Source: Chiloscyllium plagiosum
Lineage: Eukaryota
Reading direction: 5' to 3'
NCBI RefSeq assembly: GCF_004010195.1
Contig: NC_057720.1
Location: 23,232,515 to 23,292,060, forward strand
Length of the DNA stretch: 59,546 nucleotides
The first letter of the stretch is position 1. Each line of letters starts with the position of its first letter. Shown piece by piece: positions 37,226 through 50,306 of this stretch. Under the pieces are notes generated by a model that was given only the letters and a program-made list of their open reading frames with translations, did no database searches and had not been told where the DNA came from. The position numbers and the translations under genes were made by a program.

Positions 37226-38736
37226 GTAGGTATTTTTTAATTTGAATCCCAAGGTCGTAAAATGATTTGGGCAAGTTTGGTCAAATCATAGGCTTATTTT
37301 AAGTGGATTTGCTTGTACTTTGTAGGTGAAGTGTGATGTTTAATATTAGATTGTTATTTTGTTAAAAAGAATTACAGTTTGTGTTCATAATTTACTTCCA
37401 CATTCTACACTTACATAGTAAAAAATAATGAATTCTGTTGTTTAAACGGTTGTGAAGAGATTGGTCACATTAGCTTTGCAAAAATGAAATCGACTTAAGT
37501 GTCATTTGCTAACTTCTCAGTTATTTGCAAACAATAATCTAATCAAGGCTGTCCTGCAATGTTTTGATGTTGTGTCACATCAGATTTTTTTAAATTCTTG
37601 GGGGAAGGGTAATGCTGACAAGGCTGCAGTTATTATCCATCCCTAGGTTCCTCAAGAGGATAACAGCTGCCATCAATAGCTATGGCCTTTGATGATAGTA
37701 CACCCAGGATAGGTTCGTGATTGAATGACTTCCTGCAAATCACTTGTTGGTTTATTTTAAATGGGATGAGCCAGAAATGATTTGCACCTATTGCAGAAGC
37801 ATTATGGAAGAAATATTTTACAAGGTTTGACAGAAGAGTCCCATACTCTCATATGTATTTTATAGCTTTTAAAAAGAAAGCTAAATTTCTTCATTGTTTT
37901 ATATGAACAATAGTCATCATATTGTGATGTCCTTGAGTAATTAGTAATTTGAATATTTATCATTTGACTTTGTAGTAAATGTCAAAGACTAACTTTTCAA
38001 AGACTAACTACAATTTTCTCAATAATGCATTTATAATAATGGCAATAATTGTAATGTGTTATTTCTGTTTGAGTGGTTGAATGGATTGGTCAGAGATTAA
38101 CCTCAAGTATTTATTACTTTTTAAGGTTTAACTGTGGTACTAACATGCTATATTTGAGGTTCTATTCTATACAGTTCTTTTTGGTTCTGAGTTTCTATCT
38201 TTTTGCTATATATCAAAGCTCCCTCCTGTAAGACAAAGAGGCGCAAACTTAAACTCAGGGTTTATTTCAGTTTTTATAAACATTTTCTTCAAATACATTT
38301 GATATTGTGCTTTTTATTCTGTGCACAATGTAATGCAGCACACTTCCTAAAAATTATCATTTTTTGCATCATGTCCCGTAACAATGTTTGTCTATCAAAA
38401 TTAATCATTGGACATTTGAAATGCCCATTTATTTAATATGTAATCTTGGTATTATTTAATTGATGGAACAGACTTTAATGCAGGGTACATAAGTGACATT
38501 TAAAAAAAAACGTGGAAATGACATTTCAGCTTTGACTCCAAAAGTAATTAAGGTACTAGATTTGTTGGCAATTACTGTATTGTTTAGATTTTTAATGCAA
38601 CTCCGTGTTAGCAAGTGGAAGGAAACAGCATTGGAAATGTGTACTGCATATGTTACTGAAGTTGGTCAAGAATTTAGCTGTAGTTGTACTACATTACGCA
38701 TAGTTGTAAGGTAATGTTTAACACTTCTTTCCTTAG

Positions 38737-38823
38737 TCAGTGCTGAAAAGAAGAGACTTAATTCAGGCAAATTATGAATCACAGGTCGATGCTTTAACTA
38801 ATAAAAAAGCTGATCGAGAAATG
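38737..38823 (+). CDS. SNX7: SNX7 coding exon (exon 7 equivalent), BAR domain
   Basis: ttccttAG|TCA...ATG|GTaagc; 87 bp; SVLKRRDLIQANYESQVDALTNKKADREM (human GVMKRRDQIQAELDSKVEVLTYKKADTDL). Confidence 0.95.
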
Positions 38824-39025
38824 GTAAGCATTTTCTTTTTATTTATTGTTTTCTTAATCAGAAAATTGAATAATTGAATTTAAGGTAACAAATTATATAT
38901 TTGATTGTGGAACAAATACTCCATATATTTAATATGTAATTGATAAAACCAAATTTGTGCAAACATTTATAACCCGTATCCCACGACATGTTCTTTTGAC
39001 TAAAATCTATCACTTCTATTATCAG

Positions 39026-39130
39026 CTGGAGCACTCTGACCTAAGTTTTACATTTGGTGCATTCTTGGGTAAAAACGCAGAGGAAATGAAGCTGCAGAAA
39101 CAGCAGAAGATTGATCGTGAAATTGAGGAG
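39026..39130 (+). CDS. SNX7: Probable additional SNX7 exon encoding an SNX4-like BAR-tip loop/helix
   Basis: cttctattatcAG|CTG...GAG|GTatag; 105 bp, phase 0/0, open; LEHSDLSFTFGAFLGKNAEEMKLQKQQKIDREIEE, in frame between flanking exons. Confidence 0.8.
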
Positions 39131-39889
39131 GTATAGTAAAAAGTATTGCGTCAATCAGAATTATTTTTACTTTATCTTGAGAGACAACATTCTGTTTCAT
39201 TCAGTAATTTTTTTCTTCCATAACTCCAACTTTATTTAAAGCAAAAGAGCATTGCCAGGGCATTTCCACATGAATTTTGATTAATTTTGGCGGCGGGAGG
39301 GGGGGAGGAAAGAGGCCTTTGTTTGTCCTCTTGTTAGCATGTGTAAGGAGCTTGATACCATGTCAGCATGTGGTTGGGGGGGAGCCTTTGATACATCACA
39401 ATGTCATTTCACTGCTATGGTATTGAATATAGCCTTTGAATTAGGTTTTTGGAACATAGCCCTATAAATTGACTCTGTTGAGCTCTTTCCCCACCATCAG
39501 GAAATGAGTGAAACAGTACAATATTTCACTTGCCCCATTTAATCCAAAATTTTTCAAGTAGCTTAAATTACTAATCTAACCTGCTAGTAGAATGCAAAAG
39601 CATAAATCTTAGTGGATAAAGTTCTTTTAAAAAAAGAGTATAGTAACTGAGTGCGTATGTAAGCAATCACTTTGTGAACAAGTTAAATTTATTTAAAAAG
39701 GTTTGAAATTCTTATTTCCAACTTGTAAAATTCATCTCTCATCCATCGAGTTGCAAACTTCAGTATCCAATTATCCTTTCTCAAATATTTGTCATTTTGT
39801 TAAAATATTTTTCAGCTAACTTTTTAAAATTAATTACTACATATATTCAGTAACACTACAAGCTGAGTCATATAGTTTTTCCAGTGGAC

Positions 39890-40019
39890 GACAGTGAGGA
39901 ATGCAGATGCTGGAGATCAAGAGTAGAGACTGTGGTCCTAGAAAAGCTCAACAGATCAGACAGCATCCGAGGAGCAGGAGAGTTGACGTTTCAGGCAAAA
40001 GCCCTTCATCCAGGAATCC
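39890..40019 (-). mobile_element. PLE pseudo-LTR insertion (family A) starting at the hammerhead
   Basis: Minus strand ttcCTGgATGAagggcttttgcctGAAAcGTCaac (1-nt core insertion); TSD agtttttcca(g/t)tg at 39874-39886 and 40020-40032. Confidence 0.8.
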
Positions 40020-40459
40020 AGTTTTTCCATTGTAAATTTCACAGCTCCAATTTATAATGTTACTGTATTGCAAAATGTTTGAAACTGGATTTCATGATTT
40101 TCTTGGTGTTTGTTGTGTGTAATAGTTTATTCGGTGAGGAAAATGTAAAGAAAAATTGGTGATTTTTCTCAACGTCACTAGTTATGGAGAACAATTCAAC
40201 TTTCCAATATTGATGCAAGCACTGGTACTATTTGCATACCCTGCAAAAAATACTAATATATGAAGAAAACTTAAATGGTTATTACATTGACAGTAGTCAT
40301 GACTTTGCAACAAAAGTGTGTCTGGATACAGTTTGGATTTTAACAATCGGTTTTGAATCGGCTTTTCTATGTATGCACAATACCAGTTATGAATCCAAGT
40401 GCTGGAAAGAACCTCTATGTATTGCAAACATTTCTAATTCTTATGGGATCAGAACACAG

Positions 40460-40850
40460 TAGGATGGTATAATGCTATTGAAATGATAATCCAGAGGCCT
40501 GGATTAATGATCTGGAGCATGAATTCACATCTGACTACAGCAATTAAATAAATTCAAACATTAATTAAAATTAATAGTATGAAGTATATATTCTCCTTCA
40601 TGGTGACCCTGACTACTGGATTGTCATTAAAGAAAAAATATATAATTTGTTTATGTCCTTGAGAGAAGAAAATCTTCAGTCTTTAACTGATTCAGCCTGT
40701 ATATCTAGCCTCATAGCAATTGACTTAGTTCTGAAATAGCCCAGAAAGCCACTCTGTTATGTTCAAGGAAATGGCTCACTGCCATTTCAGCATTTAGGGT
40801 TGGATAATAAATTCTGGCTTTGCCAGCGACACCTACATCCCATCAAGGTA
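40460..40850 (+). mobile_element. Old tRNA-derived SINE with LINE-like tail
   Basis: Similar to 7312-7640; tail tagggttggataataaattctggctttgccagcgacacctacatccca. Confidence 0.55.
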
Positions 40851-41074
40851 ATAAAAACAAAATTCAAAATTAACTTCAAGAGAATTGTACAATTTCACAA
40901 AAATAAATAATTGGAGTAATGACTCAATCCACGCAATCTTAGCCAAGATTTGTTTTGAACAAAAATAAATTAATTGTATTGGGGGAGTGTTTCAGTATTT
41001 CCCTGCAATAGTGAGATTGATGATACACTGTAAACCTGGCTAGCTGGCAAGCCATTGCATCTGTATTTTCCAAT

Positions 41075-41312
41075 GTCAGTTATTTCGGTTGGTTTGATGA
41101 CTGGTTTGTGATACTGTGACACCATTCAATAAATCCCATACAGGATTCAATTCCCGAACCAGTTAAACTTACCATAAAGATCCCTCCCTTTCAACCTCTC
41201 CCCTCACCTGAGGTATGGTGACCTTCGGGTTGACGTCAGTCGTCTCTCTCTTGCGCGCTCTCTGTTGTGAGAGAGCACCATTGTGGACCTCTGGGACTGT
41301 AGGTACTTACTA
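41075..41312 (+). mobile_element. tRNA-derived SINE
   Basis: B-box-like ggattcaattcc; body tcaacctctcccctcacctgaggtatggtgacc..ctctgggact. Confidence 0.55.
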
Positions 41313-43029
41313 TTTTTTCAGCTAACTATATGTCAGCGAGTAAACAGTCTTATAGTTGTGGCCATTGAATGACAGCACTATTCACAGTCAGAGATGTTTA
41401 GATACTTTTCTGTCAGTTTAAATTGCAACTTCCGAGAGAGAAAAGTAGATTGCTATGTCTGAAAATCTATATTTTAACAACAAAATAGTGGCTAAAATAT
41501 TTATAATGTGCTTGTACCAGGCATAATTGTAGTAAGAAAAGCTATTTTAATCAGGTTACATGATCTAAATTTTAATTAAATCTGAATGAGGTTTTCTTCC
41601 TATAAATGGCATAGCCCCTTGTTACTCCATTATTGAGCAGATAACCAAATCCAACCAAAATAGAGCGACAGACATTGTCAGAGTGAAGGGTTTGCAATGT
41701 CTCTTTATGCACCATTATTTGCTAATTTGGCTTCCACAGAAATGCTAATCTATATATTTGTGTATTTTTTAAGGGGTGGTCTTTTCAGAGGGAAATCATA
41801 ATTCATTGCCATCAGTATTTTACTTGTAATTAAAGTAAACATGTTACATATCCCTTTCAGAGGAAAGGGTGATGTTGGATGTCAGATCCTGTTCAGCTCA
41901 TCATTGAATCTTTTGTAAGGTATATGAAGTGCAATGTTTATTAATAGTATTAAGAGTGTGGTAAGGTAAACAAGTTGCAATAATAAATATTTAATAAGAG
42001 AGCAAGAAAATTCACGTTTTAAGTAAAGAAATACCAATATAGAAACAACTGCATAAATGAAAATGAAAAGTAGACAGCTTGTTTTCCATAAACATTTTCT
42101 CATGGCTTTGGATACAGAAAGAATAGTTGGTCTATATTTGAAGAGCTGTGACTTTTTAAATTTCAGAAGACAAGAGGACATAAGGCAATGAAAGCTTAAT
42201 GTTACCTATTGGCCAAGCATGCTGGTGTTTTACCATCCTGGATTGCTTATTAGTACACTGTCTTCAAAGTGATGTACCACACATGACACCTTGGTCAACT
42301 GCTTTTGTATGTTAGTAGTGGTTAGTAATAACAGTGAGGCTGATCACTATCACTATGGAGTAAATTGGACAACAAACTTCCAAAACGCACCTTATGTTAA
42401 ACATGGAAATATGTAATCTATTGTCACAGACACTCTGCTCTAACCAATACCCTGCAACAGTCCTTGCCAATGGACTCAGAACTGAAGTGCATTAAATTAC
42501 AGTATTACCCACTCATCCTCACTTAAGACAACAGAAAACATTGTGGCAATTCAGGGGTAACTCACTTTTTCATAGCATAAGTGATGGAATCTTTTTTACT
42601 TCAAATTAATTTATATTGGAGACTTTCTTTTCGATTTCTGTGTTTCTCTTTCTCAACCCTGTCTTTCCCCACCTTGAATCTTCAACAGTTGTTTTTCTTG
42701 TTTAGATTTGACTTATGCAATTAAAGTTCTAAATATATCTAGTTGTGTGTATGCATGTTGTTTTGTAGCAGTGTTGAGTACTCTTGCTTCAATACAAACT
42801 CTACTTTATCAGCAGATTTCATGTTAGATAGAATTATTTAAGAATTGAATAAGAATTGAATACTTTTAGTTCGGATAATTAAATTTCTCCTGCCTGCAAT
42901 AAGCCAACTAATTCTATTTTTGCTTGGTGGGTCAATTTAAATTTACACTAGTGTGACATTCGTTTGCCCAGTTTCCTGGCATCTGTTACATGCCGGTTGT
43001 TGTTCTGTTAGAACACTTGTTTCAATTGC

Positions 43030-43340
43030 AATCCCTACAGTGTGGAATCAGGCCATTTGGCTCATCAAGTTCACACTGATCCTCCAAATGCATCCACCCT
43101 GTCCCTGTAACCCTGCATTTCCCATGGCTAATGCACTTAGCCTGCACATCCCTATACACTATGGACAATTTAGCATGACCAATCCACCTAACCTGAACAT
43201 TTTTGGACTACGGGAGGAAACTGGAGTACCCAGAGGAAATCCACACAGATTCAAGAAAAATGTGCAAACGCCACGCGGTCACCCAAGGGTGGAATAAAAC
43301 CCAGGTCTCTGGCACTGAGGCAGCAATGCTAACTGAGCTA
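43030..43340 (-). mobile_element. HE1-type SINE
   Basis: ggacaatttagcatgaccaatccacctaacctg..gggaggaaactggagtaccc..ctgaggcagcaatgctaac. Confidence 0.85.
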
Positions 43341-43354
43341 TGGTGGATTCGACT

Positions 43355-45530
43355 GTCACTTCAGGACTTGAGTGAGAAAATCAAGTCTGACGCTGCAGTG
43401 CAATAGTGAGAAGATGTGCTGCATTGAGGGAGATACCATTATTTGGATGCAGTATCAAATCGCAGTCCCTTTAGTCCCCTCAGTAGATGTAAATGATCCC
43501 ATGACATTATTTTGGAGAAGCAAAGTTATCCATGCTGTGATGATGAACACTTACACTTAAGTCATAGAGATGTACAGCATGGAAACAGACCCTTCGGTCC
43601 AACATGTCCATGCCGGCCAGATATCTCAACCAAATCTAGTCCCACCTGCCAGCACCCCGGCCCGTATACCTCCAAACCCTTCCTATTCATATACCCATCC
43701 AAATGCCCCTCAAATGTTGCAATTGTACCAGCCTCCACCACATCCCCTGGCAGCTCATTTCATAAATGTACCTTCCTCTGTATGAAATAGTTGCCCCTTA
43801 GGTCTGTTTTATATTTTCCCTCCCCGACCCCAGGGAAAAGACTTTGTCTATTTAACCTATCCATGCCCCTCATAATTTTGTAAACCTCTATAAGGTCACC
43901 CCTCAGCCTCTGATGCTCCAGAGAAAACAGCCCCAGCCTGTTCAGCCTCTCCCTGTAAGGTCACCCCTCAGCCTCCAGGGAAAACAGCCTGTTCAGCCTC
44001 TTCCTATAGCTCAAATCCTCCAACCCTGGCAACATTCTTATAAATCTTTCCTGAACCATTTCAAGTTTCACATCATCTTTCTGATAGGAAGGAGACCAGA
44101 ATTGCATGCAACATTCCATCAGTGGCCTAACCAATGTCCTGTACAGCTGCAACATGACCTCCCAACTCCTGTACTCAATACTCTGACCAATAAAGGAAAG
44201 CATACCAAACGCCTCCGTCACTATCCTATCTACCTGCAACTCCACTTTCAAGGAGCTATGAACCTGCACTCCAAGGTCTCTTTGTTCAGCAACACTCCCT
44301 AGGATCTTACCATTGAGTGTATAAGTCCTGCTAAGATTTGCGTTCCCAAAATGCGGCACCTCGTATTTATCTGAATTAAAGTCCACCTGCCACTTCTCAG
44401 CCCATTGGCACATCTGGCCCAGATCCTGTTGTAATCTGAGGTAACCCTCTTCGCTGTCCGTTACACATCCAATTTTGGTGTCATTTGCAAACTTATTAAC
44501 TGTACCTCTTATGCTCGCATCCAAATCATTTATGTAAATGACAAAAAGTAGACCCAGCACTGATCCTTGTGGCACTCCACTGATCACAGGCCTCCAGTCT
44601 GAAAAACAACCCTCCACCACCACCCTCTGTCTTCTACCTTTGAGCCAGTTCTGTATCCAAATGGCTAGTTCTCCCTGTATTCCCTGAGATCTAACCTTGC
44701 TAATCAGTCTCCCATGGGGAACCTTGTCGAGGCTTGTCTTTACCACCCTTCTTAGACAGTGGCACCATGTTTGCCAACCTCCAGTCTTCCGGCACTTCAC
44801 CTGTGACTATCGATGATACAAATATCTCAGCAAGAGGCCCAGCAATCACTTCTCTAGCTTCCCACAGAGTTCTTGGGTACACCTGATCAGGTCCTGGGGA
44901 TTTATCCACTTTTAACCGTTTCAAGACATCCAGCACTTCCTCCTCTGTAATCTGGACATTTTGCAAGATGTCACCATCTATTTCCCTACAGTCTATATCT
45001 TCCATATTCTTTTCCACAGTAAATACTGATGCAAAATATTCATTTAGTATCTCCCCCATTTTCTGTGGCTCCACACAAAGGCCGCCTTTGCTGATCTTTG
45101 AGAGGCCTATTCTCTCCCAAGTTACCCTTTTGTCCTTAATATATTTGTAAAAACTCTTTGGCAAATAGAATTAAGGAGAATCCAAAGCCATCTCATGTCC
45201 CCTTTTTGCCCTCCTGATTTCCTTCTTAAGTATGCTCCTCCTTCCTTTATATTCTTCTGAGGATTCTCTCGATCTATCCTTTCTATACCTGACATATGCT
45301 TCCTTCTTTTTCTTAACCAAACCCTCAATTTCTTTCGTCATCCAGCATTCCCTATACCTACCAGCCTTCCCTTTCACCCTGACAGGGAAAAACTTTCTCT
45401 GGATAGATTATCTTGTCATTATCGCACTGCTGTTTGTGAGAGTTTGCTTGACAATAGTGACCGTACTTCAAAAGTAATTCATTCAGCAAGGTGCTTAGGG
45501 CATCCTGTGGTTATAAAAGTTTCTGTTTAA
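43355..45530 (+). mobile_element. Deu-domain SINE (SacSINE1/AmnSINE1-like) split by a CR1 insertion (parts 43355-43555 and 45404-45530)
   Basis: cctcagtagatgtaaatgatcccatgacattatt..; resumes agattatcttgtcattatcgcactgctgtttgtgag..cttcaaaagtaattcatt. Confidence 0.65.
43560..45400 (-). mobile_element. Young CR1 LINE ORF2 fragment with frameshifts and deletions
   Basis: DKSPGPDQVYPR..EVPEDWRLANMVPL; DKVPHGRL..GVPQGSVLG..FANDTKIG; near-identical to 31181-32192. Confidence 0.95.
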
Positions 45531-48500
45531 ATGTTTAAATAATTTGATACATTTAAGGTGGATTGATGTTGGGTAATTTGATTATTAGTTTTGCCAGAAC
45601 CCTATCGTAGTGCCAATCAAGAATAGTTTTTTGCCACTCTAGCCAAAATGCCAAATATTTACCAGAATTTGCCAGGTACAGGAATTTATTCTGATACTGT
45701 TGCAGCATAATTAATGCAAACCTGTGTGCAGTAAAATTGTTCTTGAACTCTTTTGGTAGGAGGGTGCATTTTTAATGACCACATTCTCCTTTAATAAAGA
45801 ATAACGAGTCTCCTGTCACACGTAATGCAAGTTGTAAAAATGGATGTTTCTCTGCCATTTGCTTCTATTAGATGCTTGGAGGCAAAGAAAGGCTGATTTT
45901 TCCCTCTTCTTTGGAAAGACATTTGGTTTGTTTTAGGATGAAGTAACTGAACTTAGTAGTTAAATATGCAGACTATGTCACTTGTTGATGTTCCAGCATA
46001 TTATTACACTAGCTTTTCACTGTGTATCTGGACATATTTAACTCCGTATATGGTGTATTTTTAATTTTTAAAATTGCAAATATATTACATGATTAGTTCT
46101 GCAGTGTCATCTTATCCACATAAATGGGCTTTTATTTTTTTAAGAAGCGCAGGGTCCATATTTATGAGATTACTTCCATTGAATGGTATGCAATGAACTT
46201 GTGGCCTACCTTGAGGAGGCAGTTTCCTATTTTTTTACTTGTTGGGACAAGTACCATGGGAAAGTCAGCTTTTACTCCTATTTCTGATTGTCCTTGATGT
46301 TAATGAGTCATCTTGTTGAATTGTTTCTGTCGGTGTTGGTAGACCCAAGTGCTAGAAGAATGGTGGCTGGAGGATTTTGATGCAGTAGCAGTAAAAGAAT
46401 GATGCAGTTTTGAATTGGAATCATGAGGGTTTTTTAAAATTCACTTATGGGATGTGATGTCGATGGCTGACCAGCATTTAGTGCCCATTGCTAATTGTTC
46501 TTGAGAAGTTGGTGGTGCACTGCCTTTTTGGAAATGTTGCAGTCCATATGCTGTAGGATGGCCCCAATGTCCTTGGAGAGAATTTTAGGATTTTGACCCA
46601 GCGAAAATGAAGGAATAATGATATATTTCCAAGTCAGTATGGTGAGTGTTTTGAGGATGAGCTTACATGGGGTGATGTTCCTGTGCATGTGCTGCCCTTG
46701 TCCTTCTGAATGGTTTAGTTTGTCGGTATGAAAAATGCTGTCAAAATGGTGGATATTATCAAAATATAAAAATGGGAATTTATATAGAGCTTTCACAGCA
46801 TCATGTCACAAAGCACTTTGCAGCCAATTATTTACATTTCAAATATAGTCTTTCATGAGGAAATACACAGTCAGTGAGATTCCTGAGTTGTGTACCACAC
46901 CTGACTCCATAAAAGTAATTTGCAAGCTTTTTTAAAAATTTTTGTGCCATCAGAAGCTGGATCATTAGCAATTTTTTTAGTATCAGGCACCAATAAATGT
47001 ATGCTGTGCATGCACCATCCGTTAATACTTCCAAAATGGCATCATATTCTTAATGTTATACTGGGAACCTACTTGCTGTACATTAGGCACTACCTGTTTC
47101 TAGCATGTAACTGGTGTTCCAGATTCAAAACCCATATCAAATGGCAGTGGGCAGAACTGAATGTGGGTAGTAAATGTTGTCATGCATTACCACATCATTA
47201 GTATTCAGCAGTGAAGAATAAAATCATCTCTTTGCTAATTTTGTAAGAAACTTCTCACCATTACGTTATTTGTTCAAAAGGGAATAATTAAAAACAAAAG
47301 AATGTGCTTATACTCAGGACCACATTACAGGTGTTAAAGGTGAGTAAGATGAATTTTGTGGATGACAAGTTTATCCTCATTGCCTTTGCTGACTGATCAA
47401 TACTTGAAAATTCATATTTCAAGTATTTTCAGTTAATTCTTATTCAATTTTATTCCAGTTTAAAATGCTTGCTGATAATGTCAGTCTCTTTAATTTAAAA
47501 AGCCAATTTCCATTTCCATTCCATTTTGTCTTTGCTCACATAGAGCTAGTTGACTGAAATGTATAATGAGTATAGTTGATTTATTTGACATTTGAAATTA
47601 GGAAGTTATGATCATAGATGGGAAGATACCAGCGCCTGCAAAACACACAAGGCTAAATGTGCTGTACTAAATACTCTGTGCTACATACTTTTGACATCCC
47701 TTTTTTTTTGTCCATTGTAGCAAAATCACATATGTGATAGTCTTTATCTATAAATGCTTTGTGCATAACAGGTCTTGCTCATGCATTTTACATGGAAGAG
47801 ATTTGTAAAGCTCTAAAACCAGGTGCAATGAAACAACCCCTAGTTTAGCTCTTTTCCTTAGGAAACTGACGAACATATGGAGCATATATTCGTACTGCAG
47901 TATTAGAGCCAACCGTGAAATGGATGTTAGTTACTGCCACTCCTGCTGTCTCAAGTAGATAGTGCTAAGGTCCCACAGTTTTATATGGGTTTGATACTTC
48001 AGATGTCATCTGATCAAAAAGGCATGCCCTTCATACTGACAGTAGAATAGCATAATTTCAGTATTGTGGACCATTTCCAAGTCATGCTAGAATGGATTGT
48101 GAAGCTAAATAGTCTAACAGTTTTTTTTTATTTGGTGACTGAAATTGAAGGTCAAAATAAGGAAGACCTCTGGAAAATGGATTTGATATTTTTCTCCTTT
48201 TCATTCAATTTCAATGCAACTTTTCCAATTGAAGTACAAATCTGGTGTAAGATTTCTGAGGATTTTCTCCTGGACCTGCCTGGCAAAAGTTTGTCCTGCC
48301 AAGATCTGACCACTGAAATTAGTTCTGTGTAACATAGAGTAAGAAAGGCCAGCTTCTATGTTTTAATTACTCATGGGTTTAGTCGGCTGTTTTTTTTTCC
48401 CCCAGGAAGAGACAAGTTAATAATTGAAGAACCACATTCCCATCTTCTATATGAACCAATCTATTATTAGTCTGGTAATACGTATCGCTGGGAGAAACAT

Positions 48501-48915
48501 GAAGTCTTGATGCAACTTTAACACTTCACTTAACTGCACAAGTAAAATATCAACAGTGAGATCAGATTTAGAAATGGATGCAAATTGATTTGACTTGATT
48601 TTGCCAAGAATCTTGGCAAAAATGACTGAAGAAAATTCAAGTTAAATTTTGGAAGATATTTAATTCCTGCTGTTGAGTAAAAGGTTTATACTTTAAAATT
48701 GGAGCTAGTTTAATTTTGAAAGTTCTGAATAAAACATTCAAAAATATGTATTGCCATTGGGCAAATTAATTTTGTTTATGCATTAAGTACGAAATTGTAT
48801 CCAACATTATGCCAAAATGCATCTTGCCTTGAGGCTACGTTATTACTTAAAACTGTTTTGTTTATTGCAAAGCTGTTTTCATTGTAGCCACTCTGTTAGG
48901 CTGCAATTATAAACA

Positions 48916-49080
48916 CTGCAATTCAGGCAGCATCCGAGGACAGGCAAAATCGACGTTTCGGGCAAAAGCCCTTCGTCGATTTTGCCTGTCCTCGGATGCT
49001 GCCTGAATTGCTGTGCTCTTCCAGCACCATTGATCCAGAATCTGGTTTCCAGCATCTGCAGTCATTGTTTTTACCAACCT
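48916..49080. mobile_element. PLE-derived hairpin insertion with 14-bp TSD
   Basis: Perfect 38-bp inverted arms 48918-48955 / 48974-49011; TSD tgcaattataaaca at 48902-48915 and 49081-49094. Confidence 0.9.
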
Positions 49081-49547
49081 TGCAATTATAAACATGCCAT
49101 TTCAAATTACTGCAGCCTTGTATGTGTGATGATCATGAAAGGGAAATGAATTAATGTATGCAAGATTTCATTAGTATGAATTACTTCTTTCATTAGGTGT
49201 CCTTACCAGATAATACCTTTGGTACTTTTTCAGCTATGTATTATAGATTCATGATACAGTGCCTTCCAGGCAGCTGATAATTTGTATATAACACTTAGAT
49301 ATATGCATTGGATTCTTGCCTCTGTCTGTTTTATTTTTCTAGCATTCCATTACATATTCAGTTGGGTTAATCTTCAACCTTTTTGAAAACATTGACGAAT
49401 GGTGTTAGAAGTACTCCGTTCTGCTTAACATGTCTATTCATTATTATTTGCCTATTTCTGCCCTTTTGTGAAGTATTAATTAACATATTAGCTTAATGTT
49501 TCAGTTATACTTGTACATTAATGTGGTTAACGTTAACTTTATTTTAG

Positions 49548-49700
49548 CTTCAGGCCGATATTGGACATCTTGAGGATAAAGTTGAATGTGCCAATAGCGA
49601 TTTGAAAGCGGACTGGGAAAGATGGTCTATCAACATGCGGAATGATTTGCAATCTGCTTTCCGAAATGCAGCTGAAAATAATATTCTTTATTTTGAAAGG
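49548..49700 (+). CDS. SNX7: SNX7 coding exon (exon 8 equivalent), BAR domain C-terminal helix
   Basis: ttattttAG|CTT...AGG|GTaaga; 153 bp; LQADIGHLEDKVECANSDLKADWERWSINMRNDLQSAFRNAAENNILYFER. Confidence 0.96.
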
Positions 49701-49862
49701 GTAAGAAAATTCAAAAATTTGAATTGATGTTCCAGTTTGGTAATGAAGAAAAGCAAATTGAGGAGCAAAATGGCCTCAAGCATGTGGTTACCTACACTGG
49801 AGTGGTTGGGGAATAGCTAATCTTAGTACATGTTGTTTTCAGATAAAACCATTTGGACTGAA

Positions 49863-50190
49863 TAGATTAGATTAGGTTAGATTAGATTCCCTACAGTGTA
49901 GAAACAGGCCCTTCAGCCCAACCAGTCCACACCGACCCTCTGAAGAGTAACCCACCCAGACCCAGTTCCCTCTGACTAATGCAGCTAACACTATTGGCAA
50001 TTTAGCATAGCCAATTCACCTAACCTGCACATCTTTGGACTGTGGGAGGAAACCGGAGCACCCGGAGGAAACCCACACAGACACGGGGAGAATGTGCAAA
50101 CTTCACAGACAGTCACCTGAGACTGGAATTGAACCCAGGTCCTTGGCGCTGTGAGGCAGCAGTGCTAACCACTGAGCCACCGTACCACCC
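49863..50190 (-). mobile_element. Full-length HE1-type SINE with (TCTAA)n tail
   Basis: Head gggtggtacggtggctcagtggttagcactgctgcctcacagcgcc; (ttaga)n at 49863-49887. Confidence 0.92.
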
Positions 50191-50306
50191 GTACATTAAA
50201 ATTATTCTTCATCCTTGCACTTATGTTCTGCCTTCCCAATTAATTTCCAACCTTTGCTTCCTCGAGAGCTAAATTTTGGATTTAGTAACATACATTTATG
50301 AAAATA

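Noticed and set aside
49548..49553. Alternative in-frame acceptor (TAG CTT CAG)
   Set aside because: The first AG gives the 153-bp length matching the recalled ortholog; nothing supports use of the second.
50120..50190. tRNA gene
   Set aside because: tRNA-like head of an HE1 SINE, continuous with the SINE body and tail; the same applies at 6930-6998, 15620-15690 and 52500-52562.
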